DNA of 29,057 nucleotides from Candidatus Iainarchaeum sp. GTDB taxonomy: Archaea; Iainarchaeota; Iainarchaeia; Iainarchaeales; JAZDFD01. The stretch spans positions 1 to 29,057 of the forward strand of contig JAZDFD010000011.1 in assembly GCA_043808155.1 (NCBI GenBank). Reading direction: 5' to 3'. The position numbers were made by a program, and so were the translations under genes. The notes below the pieces were generated by a model that saw only the letters and a list, made by a program, of their open reading frames with translations, searched no databases and had not been told where the DNA came from. Position 1 is the first letter of the stretch; each line of letters starts with the position of its first letter. Of this stretch, positions 1-8,485 are shown in pieces.

Positions 1-1
1 C

Positions 2-919
2 ACATATCCTATGATTGGGAATTATGGTGTTCCAAGTAAGGAAAAAAAAGATGGAATGCTTAAAAATTTTGAATCTGATAAAATTCAGGTTGCGGGAGTG
101 GTTGTTCTGGAATATTCATACAATTACTCACACAGCTCTGCAGTTAGGAGTCTTGCAGACTGGTTAAAGGAAGAAAATATTCCTGCAATTACTGGAATTG
201 ATACAAGAGCACTTACACAGAAATTAAGGGATAAAGGTGTGATGCTTGGAAAACTGATTATTGGTGACACAGATTCTGAAAAAGTGAAATTAGAAAACCC
301 TAACAAAAGAAATTTAGTTGCAGAAGCAAGCTGTAAAAAAGTTACAGAATATAAAGCAGGGAAAAAGAGAATTGCAATGCTTGACTGCGGAACTAAGAAC
401 AATATTATAAGAAGTTTAATCAGAAGGGATGTGACTGTTCTGAAAGTCCCATGGGATTATGATTTACTCGGAAGCAGTGAAAAGTTTCACGGAATTATGA
501 TTTCAAACGGACCTGGGGACCCTAAAATGGCAGATAAAACAATTGAAACAGTTAAAGAAGCAATGGAAAAAGAAATTCCAATATTTGGAATCTGCATGGG
601 AAATCAGATTTTAGGATTAGCAGCAGGGGGAGACACTTACAAATTAAAGTTTGGGCATCGTTCACAGAACCAGCCATGTATTATGGAAGGAACTGAAAGA
701 TGTTATATTACTTCACAAAATCACGGTTATGCATTGAGTGTTGAAAAACTTCCAAAAGAATGGAAGCCGTGGTTTATAAATGCAAATGATGGAACTAATG
801 AAGGAATAATTCACAAAACAAAACCATTTATGAGCGTACAATTCCATCCTGAAGCAACACCCGGAGCAGTTGACACTGAGTTTTTGTTTGAGTTATTGCT
901 AAAGAAGGTGAAATTGTGA
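2..919 (+). CDS. carA: Carbamoyl-phosphate synthase small (glutaminase) subunit, 5'-truncated by the window edge
   Basis: Frame is open from position 2 (TYPMIGNYG). Motifs GIDTRALT, SNGPGDP, FGICMGNQ (catalytic Cys), SQNHGY and VQFHPE; directly upstream of carB. Confidence 0.97.
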   Translation, partial: TYPMIGNYGVPSKEKKDGMLKNFESDKIQVAGVVVLEYSYNYSHSSAVRSLADWLKEENIPAITGIDTRALTQKLRDKGVMLGKLIIGDTDSEKVKLENPNKRNLVAEASCKKVTEYKAGKKRIAMLDCGTKNNIIRSLIRRDVTVLKVPWDYDLLGSSEKFHGIMISNGPGDPKMADKTIETVKEAMEKEIPIFGICMGNQILGLAAGGDTYKLKFGHRSQNQPCIMEGTERCYITSQNHGYALSVEKLPKEWKPWFINANDGTNEGIIHKTKPFMSVQFHPEATPGAVDTEFLFELLLKKVKL

Positions 920-920
920 A

Positions 921-987
921 TTATTACCGTGGATTTGAACAAAGTGAAAATCCACACATAAGTCGGTACGCCCGACCGAAAGCGGGC
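921..987. repeat. Structured two-hairpin intergenic element, copy 1 (unknown ncRNA or REP/MITE-like element)
   Basis: TTATTACC-GTGGATTT(929-936)/AAATCCAC(948-955)-ACATAA-GTCGGTAC-GCCCG(970-974)/CGGGC(983-987); homologous to 18760-18818. Confidence 0.8.
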
Positions 988-998
988 AGGGTGAAACT

Positions 999-3900
999 TT
1001 GAAAATTAAAAAAGTTTTAATTCTTGGTTCAGGTGCATTAAAAATCGGACAGGCAGGAGAGTTTGATTACTCAGGAAGTCAGGCAATTAAAGCACTTAAA
1101 GAAGAAAAAATTGAAACTGTTTTGATAAATCCAAACATTGCAACAGTGCAGACAAGCAAGGATTTTGCAGATATTGTTTATTTCCTGCCGGTTGAGGATT
1201 ATTTTGTTGAAAAAGTTATTGAAAAAGAAAAACCAGATGCAATTCTTCTTTCATTCGGGGGACAAACAGCATTGAATTGTGGCGTGTCGCTGAATAAAAA
1301 GGGAATTTTTAAAAAGCACAATGTACAGGTTATCGGAACACCAGTTGAAACAATTGAAATTACTGAAGACAGAGAATTATTTAAGAAAGCACTTAATGAA
1401 ATTGATGTTAAAACTCCGAGAAGTTTTGCATGCAAAAATATGGAAGAAGCAAATAAAGCAGTAAAAGAAATTGAATTTCCTGTAATGATAAGAGGTGCTT
1501 ACTCTTTAGGTGGAAAAGGTTCCGGAGTTGCAAAAAACAAGAAAACATTCAAACACATTGCAGAAAAGGCTCTTGCTTCCAATCCGCAAATTTTGGTTGA
1601 AGAATACTTAGGAGGCTGGAAAGAAATTGAATACGAGGTTGTAAGAGATTCAAGAGATAACTGCATTACTGTCTGCAATATGGAAAACTTTGATCCAATG
1701 GGAATTCACACAGGAGAAAGCATTGTAATTGCACCAACCCAAACACTTACAAATGAAGAATATCACAATTTGCGGGAACTTTCAATCAGAGTAATAAGAC
1801 ATCTTGGAATTGTAGGGGAGTGCAACATACAGTATGCACTGGATCCGGAAACTTTTGATTACAGAGTTATTGAAGTTAATGCAAGGCTTTCAAGGAGTTC
1901 TGCACTTGCTTCAAAAGCAACGGGCTATCCGCTTGCTTATATTGCAGCAAAACTTGCACTAAACAAATCACTTGTCGAACTGAGGAATTCAGTAACTGAA
2001 AAAACTACTGCGTGTTTTGAGCCTGCTCTGGATTACTGTGTTATTAAAATGCCGAGATGGGATCTTGAAAAGTTTCCAAGAGTTGAATTTGAGATTGGCT
2101 CAGAAATGAAAAGTGTCGGAGAAGTAATGAGTATTGGACGAAACTTTGAGGAAACAATACAAAAAGCTGTAAGAATGCTCAACAATGTTAGGGGCTTGAG
2201 CAATAATATTTTTACATTCAAAAATCTTGAAAGAAATTTAAAGCAGCCAACTGACAGAAGATTATTTGCGATTATAAATGCACTTCATTCGGGAATGACA
2301 ATCGATAAGCTTTACAAACTTACAAAAGTTGATAAATGGTTTTTATATAAACTGAAAAATATTGTGGAAATGGAAAAACATATTAAAAAGAAAGGAAAAT
2401 TATCAGAAATTTCAAAAGAGGAGTTATTAGAGATTAAAAAACTGGGATTTTCTGATAAGCAAATAGGTGAATTTGTTTCTGCAAATGAAAATGAAGTCAG
2501 AACTGCAAGAAAAAAAATGAATGTTATTCCTTATGTAAAACAGATTGATACTTTAGCAGCAGAATATCCCGCAACAACAAATTATCTTTATTTGACTTAT
2601 CATGCAGATAAACACGATATTGATTTTAATACACGGGATGTTGCAGTTTTAGGTTCAGGTGCATATGCAATAGGAACTTCAGTTGAGTTTGGCTGGTGCT
2701 GTGTTAATGCAATCCAAAGTCTGAAAAAGCAGGGATATAAAACAATAATGATTAATTACAATCCTGAAACAGTTTCAACTGATTATGATATTTGTGATAA
2801 ACTTTATTTTGAGGAACTCACATTGGAAAGAGTTCTTGATATTTTCGATAATGAAAACCCAAACGGAGTTATTGTTTCAATGGGCGGGCAGATACCAAAT
2901 ACTTTGGCAATGAAATTAAAAGAAAATAATGTTCAGGTTCTGGGAACTAAACCCGAGAACATTGACAGAGCAGAGGACAGACATAAATTCTCGAGTTTGT
3001 GCGATACTCTTGAAATTGACCAGCCGGAATGGAAAGAATTAACATCACTGGAAGATGCAATAAAATTTTCAAAAAGAATTGGTTATCCTGTTTTGATAAG
3101 ACCGTCTTATGTTTTGAGCGGTGCAGCAATGACTGTTGCTTTTAATGAAAAAGAACTTGAAAAATATCTGGAAAGAGCAACAGATCTTACTGAAAGCTCA
3201 GTTGTGATTTCTAAATTCATAGAAAATGCAAAAGAAATTGAAATTGATGCTGTTGCATGCAAAGGAGAGATAGTTGCATATGCAATTACAGATCATGTTG
3301 AAAACGCAGGTGTGCATTCCGGAGATGCAACAATGATTCTTCCGGCACAGAGAATTTATTTAGAAACATTCAGAGGAGTGAGAAAAATTGCAAGGGAACT
3401 TGCGTGTGAATTGCAGATTACAGGGCCATTTAATATTCAGTTTATTGCAAAAAGCAACAAACTAAAAGTAATTGAATGCAATTTACGCGCTTCGAGATCT
3501 TTCCCTTTTGTTTCTAAAGTTTATGGTGTTAATTTCATTGATTTAGCAACAAAAGCAATTATGACCGGAAATGTGAAAAAATTAGACAACTCAATTTTTG
3601 AACTTGATTATGTGGGGGTTAAAGCTCCCCAATTCTCATTCTCAAGACTTGGAAAAGCAGACCCGATTCTCTCTGTTGAGATGAGTTCAACAGGGGAAGT
3701 AGCATGCTTTGGAGATGACACTGAAGAAGCGTTCCTGAAATCAATTCTTGCAACAGAATTTAAAATTCCAAAAAAAGCAGTTCTTGTAAGCATTAACGGA
3801 GACGCGGGAAAAGTTGAGCTTGAACCATATGTCAGGAAACTCAAAGATGCGGGTTTCAAAGTTTATGCAACTGAAGGCACATCTAAGTTCTACAAAAAGA

Positions 3901-4184
3901 ATGGTCTGCAGAATACATTAGTCTATAAAATCCACGAGAAGAAAGAACCTAACATCAAAACATACCTGAAAGAAGGGAAGATTGACCTTGTGATAAATAT
4001 TCCAAAGGAATTCAATCAGCTGGAATTTGATGACACTTATGAATTGAGAAGGTTTGCAGTTGATTTGTATGTTCCTCTGCTTACAAATATTCAGCTTGCT
4101 CAGCTTTTTATTAATTCAATAATGAATAAGAAATTAGAGGATTTGAAAATCAAATCCTGGACAGAGTATGTTGATCTTCAGTAA
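999..4184 (+). CDS. carB: Carbamoyl-phosphate synthase large subunit
   Basis: 1061 aa; GSGALKIGQAGEFDYSGSQA, two ATP-grasp halves (GIHTGES / GVHSGDA, EVNARLSRSS / ECNLRASRS) and a C-terminal MGS-like domain. TTG start after a GGGTGA RBS. Confidence 0.98.
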   Translation: MKIKKVLILGSGALKIGQAGEFDYSGSQAIKALKEEKIETVLINPNIATVQTSKDFADIVYFLPVEDYFVEKVIEKEKPDAILLSFGGQTALNCGVSLNKKGIFKKHNVQVIGTPVETIEITEDRELFKKALNEIDVKTPRSFACKNMEEANKAVKEIEFPVMIRGAYSLGGKGSGVAKNKKTFKHIAEKALASNPQILVEEYLGGWKEIEYEVVRDSRDNCITVCNMENFDPMGIHTGESIVIAPTQTLTNEEYHNLRELSIRVIRHLGIVGECNIQYALDPETFDYRVIEVNARLSRSSALASKATGYPLAYIAAKLALNKSLVELRNSVTEKTTACFEPALDYCVIKMPRWDLEKFPRVEFEIGSEMKSVGEVMSIGRNFEETIQKAVRMLNNVRGLSNNIFTFKNLERNLKQPTDRRLFAIINALHSGMTIDKLYKLTKVDKWFLYKLKNIVEMEKHIKKKGKLSEISKEELLEIKKLGFSDKQIGEFVSANENEVRTARKKMNVIPYVKQIDTLAAEYPATTNYLYLTYHADKHDIDFNTRDVAVLGSGAYAIGTSVEFGWCCVNAIQSLKKQGYKTIMINYNPETVSTDYDICDKLYFEELTLERVLDIFDNENPNGVIVSMGGQIPNTLAMKLKENNVQVLGTKPENIDRAEDRHKFSSLCDTLEIDQPEWKELTSLEDAIKFSKRIGYPVLIRPSYVLSGAAMTVAFNEKELEKYLERATDLTESSVVISKFIENAKEIEIDAVACKGEIVAYAITDHVENAGVHSGDATMILPAQRIYLETFRGVRKIARELACELQITGPFNIQFIAKSNKLKVIECNLRASRSFPFVSKVYGVNFIDLATKAIMTGNVKKLDNSIFELDYVGVKAPQFSFSRLGKADPILSVEMSSTGEVACFGDDTEEAFLKSILATEFKIPKKAVLVSINGDAGKVELEPYVRKLKDAGFKVYATEGTSKFYKKNGLQNTLVYKIHEKKEPNIKTYLKEGKIDLVINIPKEFNQLEFDDTYELRRFAVDLYVPLLTNIQLAQLFINSIMNKKLEDLKIKSWTEYVDLQ

Positions 4185-4230
4185 TCAGAAATATTGTTGA
4201 AAATATTTTCAAGCGGATTATGTTATGCTG

Positions 4231-5274
4231 CTATTTTCTTTCATTTACAAATGTAAGCCACTTAGAATAATATGGATCTTCACCTTTTACTATGTCAAAA
4301 AATTTGTTCTGAATTAATTTTGTGATTGGCCCTGGTTTTCCATTTCCAATTAAGCGGTCATCAATTGAAATCACGGGTGTAACTTCTGCTGCAGTACCAG
4401 TCATGAAAACTTCGTCTGTAACATAAAGCTGGTCACGTGTCAGTCTTTCTTCCTTAAACGGAATTTCCTCATATTTTGCAATCTGAATTACAGAATCACG
4501 AGTTATTCCTTCTAAAATTGTTGCTTTTGGAACAGTTACTAACTGACCATCTCTAACGATAAATAAATTCTCCGCAGAACATTCAGAAACAAAGCCATCT
4601 GAGCTAAGCATTATTGCTTCATCATATTTTGAATTTGTTACTTCGCGTTTTGCAAGAAGTGAATTAACATAGTTTCCGGAAATTTTTGCTTTTGTCATTG
4701 AAATATTTACTTGTGGACGAGTGTAAGATGAAACTTTTGCTTTTATTCCATTTTGAAGTCCTTTTTTTCCAAGATATGAATCCCATTCCCATGCTGCAAC
4801 TCCGAGTTCAATTGGACAGCCTCGTGGATTGAGCCCCATTTGGCCATAACCCAAAAATACAAGCGGACGTATGTAACATTCTGAAAGTTTATTTACTTTT
4901 ACAAGATCTATTATGATTTGTTTCATTTTTGTTTTAGTTTGAGGGACTGTTCCGCCCAAAATTTTTTCACTGTCATAAAGTCTTTCAAGATGTTCATCTA
5001 ATCGAAAAATTGCAGGTCCTTTTTTTGTTTTATAACATCTTATGCCTTCAAAAACACCTGAACCATAATGCAGTGCGTGCGTTAGAAAATGAACTTTTGC
5101 ATCGTTCCAGTTTACAAATTTTCCATTAAGCCAGATTTTTGAAACAGGTTTAATCTGAAATTTTGGATTTGCAGTTTTTTTAACATTTTTATTTATTTTT
5201 TTTATTGATTTTTTGGCTTTTATTGGTTTCTTGGATTTTGATGTTTTTTTATTTTTTATTTTTGTTAGGGGCAT
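4231..5274 (-). CDS. ilvE: Branched-chain amino acid aminotransferase (class IV PLP) with a Lys-rich N-terminal extension
   Basis: HALHYGSGVFEGIR, YIRP, AKISGNYVNS (PLP Lys), ECSAENLF, ILEGITRDSV, GTAAEVTPV. ATG at 5274 follows a GAGTGA RBS-like site. Confidence 0.96.
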   Translation of the reverse strand: MPLTKIKNKKTSKSKKPIKAKKSIKKINKNVKKTANPKFQIKPVSKIWLNGKFVNWNDAKVHFLTHALHYGSGVFEGIRCYKTKKGPAIFRLDEHLERLYDSEKILGGTVPQTKTKMKQIIIDLVKVNKLSECYIRPLVFLGYGQMGLNPRGCPIELGVAAWEWDSYLGKKGLQNGIKAKVSSYTRPQVNISMTKAKISGNYVNSLLAKREVTNSKYDEAIMLSSDGFVSECSAENLFIVRDGQLVTVPKATILEGITRDSVIQIAKYEEIPFKEERLTRDQLYVTDEVFMTGTAAEVTPVISIDDRLIGNGKPGPITKLIQNKFFDIVKGEDPYYSKWLTFVNERK

Positions 5275-5458
5275 TTTCAATCACTCTCAGCTTTGAATCA
5301 GTTATCAAATAGTCTTCTAAATTAACGATATCTTCATTTTTAAGTTTAATCCCTTAGAAGTGGTAATTTTATGATTTCTACAGAGATTACTAACACATAG
5401 CCCCTCCCCCTCCCAAGCCTTCATAAGTATTATAAGCTTCAGCACACATAGTAATTAA

Positions 5459-6109
5459 GTGGCTCATACAGATGACAGAGACCTGCTATTCACATGGCGG
5501 GTTGGGTTTTTACTTTTCTTAGGTTTACTTATAACTGGGGCTCTGGGTACTGCACTTATTCAGCAATTTTACAATGGAAGTATGGTGCCAATAATCGTGA
5601 TGATTATATTTGGATTTTTTGCATATGTGTTAATGTATTTCAAACTGAAATATATCTGGGAAGAAATAATGAGTGCAAAAAGTAAACGAACATATCTTTT
5701 GAACATATTAACTAATAAAAGAAAATTAGCTATGCAAACATTTCAAAATCACAACATAAAAATAACTGATGATAATAAAGAAGTTGATAAAATAGATAGT
5801 GGAATTTACACTGCAAAACTTGAAAACAAAAAAAAAGTTTCTGTGAAATTCAATAAAGACTATCAAAAATACAGTATGTTCTTTTTTCCTCTAAAAAGTA
5901 ATATTAATACAGACACCGTGGATGAACTTCATTCAATGATAAATTCTTATTTTGAAAAAATTCATGAAAACAGCAAGCTTCAGGTTCCTGCAGTTGGCTG
6001 TAAAACGTCTGTTGTTCATAATGATGTTGATGTTTTAATTCCTTTCCGACTTGATACATTAGATGATGCACTAGAGATTCTAAAAATAGCTTCAGTTCAT
6101 GCAAAATAA
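5459..6109 (+). CDS. Hypothetical membrane protein (two N-terminal TM helices plus a soluble domain)
   Basis: 216-aa ORF with two hydrophobic stretches near the N-terminus; TATA-like TATTATAA about 25 nt upstream, so possibly leaderless. No family recognised. Confidence 0.7.
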   Translation: MAHTDDRDLLFTWRVGFLLFLGLLITGALGTALIQQFYNGSMVPIIVMIIFGFFAYVLMYFKLKYIWEEIMSAKSKRTYLLNILTNKRKLAMQTFQNHNIKITDDNKEVDKIDSGIYTAKLENKKKVSVKFNKDYQKYSMFFFPLKSNINTDTVDELHSMINSYFEKIHENSKLQVPAVGCKTSVVHNDVDVLIPFRLDTLDDALEILKIASVHAK

Positions 6110-6195
6110 TTAGTGATGAATTCTTTTTTCGTAATAATCAGAGCTGAATTATTTTTTTCATAATAATCAGAGATAAAGTCTTTTTTTCGTAATAT
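6110..6195. repeat. Three degenerate tandem copies (28-29 nt) of the nadD 3' end
   Basis: ttagtgatgaattcttttttcgtaataa (6110-6137) / tcagagctgaattatttttttcataataa (6138-6166) / tcagagataaagtctttttttcgtaatat (6167-6195, coding). Confidence 0.8.
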
Positions 6196-6745
6196 ATTTT
6201 TCAATTTCACTGGGAACTAATTCAGAAATGGATTTACATTCTTTAACATATTTTCTTACTTTTGTGCTTGAAATATCAATTCTTTTTGCTTTTTCAATTA
6301 TTATTGGTTTGTGTTCTATAATTGCTTTGTCAGTTAGGTTTGGCATGTTGGGCATTGGCACAATAATTATTTTTATTTGTTGAAGAATTTTTTCAGGTTC
6401 TTTCCATTTGTGAAATTCTTCAGCAAGTCCTGAACCTAAAACAAGATAAAACTCATGTTGCGGGAATTCTTTTTTTAATGCAGGAACTGTGTCTGCAGTG
6501 TATCGGATTTCGTTTTTTATTTCAAAATCAGAAACTTTCAATTTAGGATATTTTGAAAGAGCGATTCGGAGCATTTCTAGTCTTTGTTTTGATTCAATGT
6601 GATCTTTGTTTTCTTTTAACATATTTTTTATGCAGGGCACAAACCAGATTTCTTCCAAATCAGTATATGTCAGAACTTCCAGTGCTGCATTTATGTGCCC
6701 ATTGTGAAGAGGATTAAAACTCCCGCCAAAAATACCTATTTTCAT
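6167..6745 (-). CDS. nadD: Nicotinate-nucleotide adenylyltransferase (bacterial NadD type)
   Basis: KIGIFGGSFNPLHNGH (HxGH), RLEML, VSDFE, YTADT, FHKWKEPE, ISSTKVR; in an operon with nadC and nadE. Confidence 0.93.
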   Translation of the reverse strand: MKIGIFGGSFNPLHNGHINAALEVLTYTDLEEIWFVPCIKNMLKENKDHIESKQRLEMLRIALSKYPKLKVSDFEIKNEIRYTADTVPALKKEFPQHEFYLVLGSGLAEEFHKWKEPEKILQQIKIIIVPMPNMPNLTDKAIIEHKPIIIEKAKRIDISSTKVRKYVKECKSISELVPSEIEKYITKKRLYL

Positions 6746-6746
6746 A

Positions 6747-6840
6747 AAATCAACTTTTTAATTTTCAAAAATCACTTTTTAATTCTCAAAAATCATTTTT
6801 TTAAAATTCATTTTTTCTAAATCACTTTTTAATTCTCAAA
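6747..6840. repeat. Direct repeats of the nadC 3' end (22 nt, two perfect copies and one degenerate copy)
   Basis: aaatcactttttaattctcaaa at 6769-6790 and 6819-6840 (the latter spans the nadC stop); aaatcaactttttaattttcaaa at 6747-6769. Confidence 0.85.
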
Positions 6841-7646
6841 GAGAAATCAATACTCTTTGCATTTGTTGTTAAAGAACCCATTGAGATAATATCAGCGCCA
6901 AGTGAGTTATAATTTCGAAGGTTTTTCAGTGAAATACCACCAGAAAGCTCTATTTTGCATTTGCATACTTTGCGTATTTCTTTTATTGCTTTTTTTGCAC
7001 GCATTTGGGAGAAATTATCAAGCAGTATGATGTCAGGATTTGCAGATGCGGCATTTAGGGCTTCTTTCATGGTTTCTGTTTCAATTTCAATTAATTTGTT
7101 TTTGTGTTTCTTTTTTGCAGAAAGGACTGCTTTAGCAGGTGAATCAAAAAATTTCAGATGATTTTCTTTTATGAGGAAAGCTTCATTCAGATTTTTTCTG
7201 TGGGGCCAAACACCTGCGGATTTAGCAGCTTTCTTGTCAAAATCATTAAAGCCAGGCATTGTTTTTCTTGTGACTGCAATTTGGGTTTTTGAAGTTCCAA
7301 TTATTTTTTTTGCGTCTGCACAGTGGGAAGTTACAGATGACATTCTTCCGAGAATGTTAAGTGCGGTTCTTTCAGCAGAGAGAATGTTTCTGTTCGTTCC
7401 TTTCAAAACCATTATTACTTGTCCCTTTTTTGCGTAAGTTCCATCTTTCATTTTTGAAACTGATTTTACTTTCATTTTTGAAAACAAAAAGTTTGCTTCT
7501 TCCGTACCTGAAACATGAGCAGTTTCATTAAGGACAATTTCCGCAGTTGTTTTTTTGGATTTTAAAAGTGCTGATGTTATGTCACCTTTGGAGATATCAT
7601 TCTTTAAAATTTGTAAAAGTTGCTTTTTCATTTCAGAGCTAAGCAT
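6822..7646 (-). CDS. nadC: Nicotinate-nucleotide pyrophosphorylase (quinolinate phosphoribosyltransferase)
   Basis: GDITS, ERTALN, TRKTMPG, HR, LIKENH, ILLDNF, SGGI, ISMGSLT. Start placed at ATG 7646 (GAGGT RBS, just after the nadE stop) rather than 7706. Confidence 0.92.
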   Translation of the reverse strand: MLSSEMKKQLLQILKNDISKGDITSALLKSKKTTAEIVLNETAHVSGTEEANFLFSKMKVKSVSKMKDGTYAKKGQVIMVLKGTNRNILSAERTALNILGRMSSVTSHCADAKKIIGTSKTQIAVTRKTMPGFNDFDKKAAKSAGVWPHRKNLNEAFLIKENHLKFFDSPAKAVLSAKKKHKNKLIEIETETMKEALNAASANPDIILLDNFSQMRAKKAIKEIRKVCKCKIELSGGISLKNLRNYNSLGADIISMGSLTTNAKSIDFSLRIKK

Positions 7647-7656
7647 TTCAAAAACC

Positions 7657-8421
7657 TCAAATTTTGCATATGTATGGAAAGTTACCTTTGTGTGAGTTTT
7701 GCTCATAACGTTTCAGTATTTCATTTACTAATTTTGGATTGAATTTCTTTTTCAGAACAGAAACACTTTGTTTTTTGTCAAAGCGTGATTTAAGAATCGG
7801 GTCAATTTCTGCGTATGTTGCACCCAAATCATTTGCATCAGTCTGGCAGGGCATTAATTCTGCAGTTGGTTCTTTTTCAATTATTTTTTCAGGTATTTTT
7901 AGATATTTTGCAAGTTCAATCAAATCAGTTTTGTAAATATTTCCAATGGGCATAATGTCTGAACCAAGATCACCATACTTTGTGCCATATCCCAATAACA
8001 ATTCACTTTTGTTTGAGGTTCCCAAAACTAATGCTTTTTTTGTGTTAGCATAGCTGTAAAGATAAATCATTCTAATGCGGGGTTTCATATTAAGCTCAGC
8101 CCATGAACTAGGTTTCCAATCTGCTTTTCGGAGATGTTTTAATGCAGTGTTTATTGGCTGAATTGAATAAGATATTCCTAATTTTTTTGCCCAGTCAACT
8201 GCATCTTTAGTATTTTGATTTTTAGTAAGTCCTTTTTCAGGCATTAAAATAGCAAAAACATTCTGTTTTCCTAAAGCGTCAACAGCAAGCTTTACAGTGA
8301 CTGCAGAATCCAGTCCACCACTTAAACCCACTACTGCTTTCCTGAAGCCTGCCTTTTTGAAGTAGGTTTTCATTTCTTTAGTGATTTTGGAATGTGTCTT
8401 CTTTATGTCCCCTGAGCGCAT
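7657..8421 (-). CDS. nadE: NH3-dependent NAD+ synthetase
   Basis: VVGLSGGLDS, NMKPRIRM, GTSNKSE, GYGTKYGD, PTAEL, QTD; no glutaminase domain. Start is 8421 or 8430; 8421 fits a leaderless transcript from the TATA at about 8443-8450. Confidence 0.95.
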   Translation of the reverse strand: MRSGDIKKTHSKITKEMKTYFKKAGFRKAVVGLSGGLDSAVTVKLAVDALGKQNVFAILMPEKGLTKNQNTKDAVDWAKKLGISYSIQPINTALKHLRKADWKPSSWAELNMKPRIRMIYLYSYANTKKALVLGTSNKSELLLGYGTKYGDLGSDIMPIGNIYKTDLIELAKYLKIPEKIIEKEPTAELMPCQTDANDLGATYAEIDPILKSRFDKKQSVSVLKKKFNPKLVNEILKRYEQNSHKGNFPYICKI

Positions 8422-8485
8422 AGGATACATATATGGTGCTTATATTTAAAAAGGTTAAAAAGGAGAAATGCATTAAATAAATAAT

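Noticed and set aside
921-987. Pyrimidine/arginine riboswitch or attenuator specific to carB
   Set aside because: The homologous copy lies in an unrelated context (tfb / rnhB region), and I recognise no known aptamer consensus.
5400-5420. C-rich tract CCCCTCCCCCTCCC upstream of the orphan membrane gene
   Set aside because: Only three G-runs on the minus strand, so not a convincing G-quadruplex; resemblance to the purine tract at 29031-29044 is low-complexity.
6110-6840. CRISPR mini-arrays at the nad repeats
   Set aside because: Units are tandem or irregularly spaced, derive from coding ends, have no unique spacers, and no cas genes are present.
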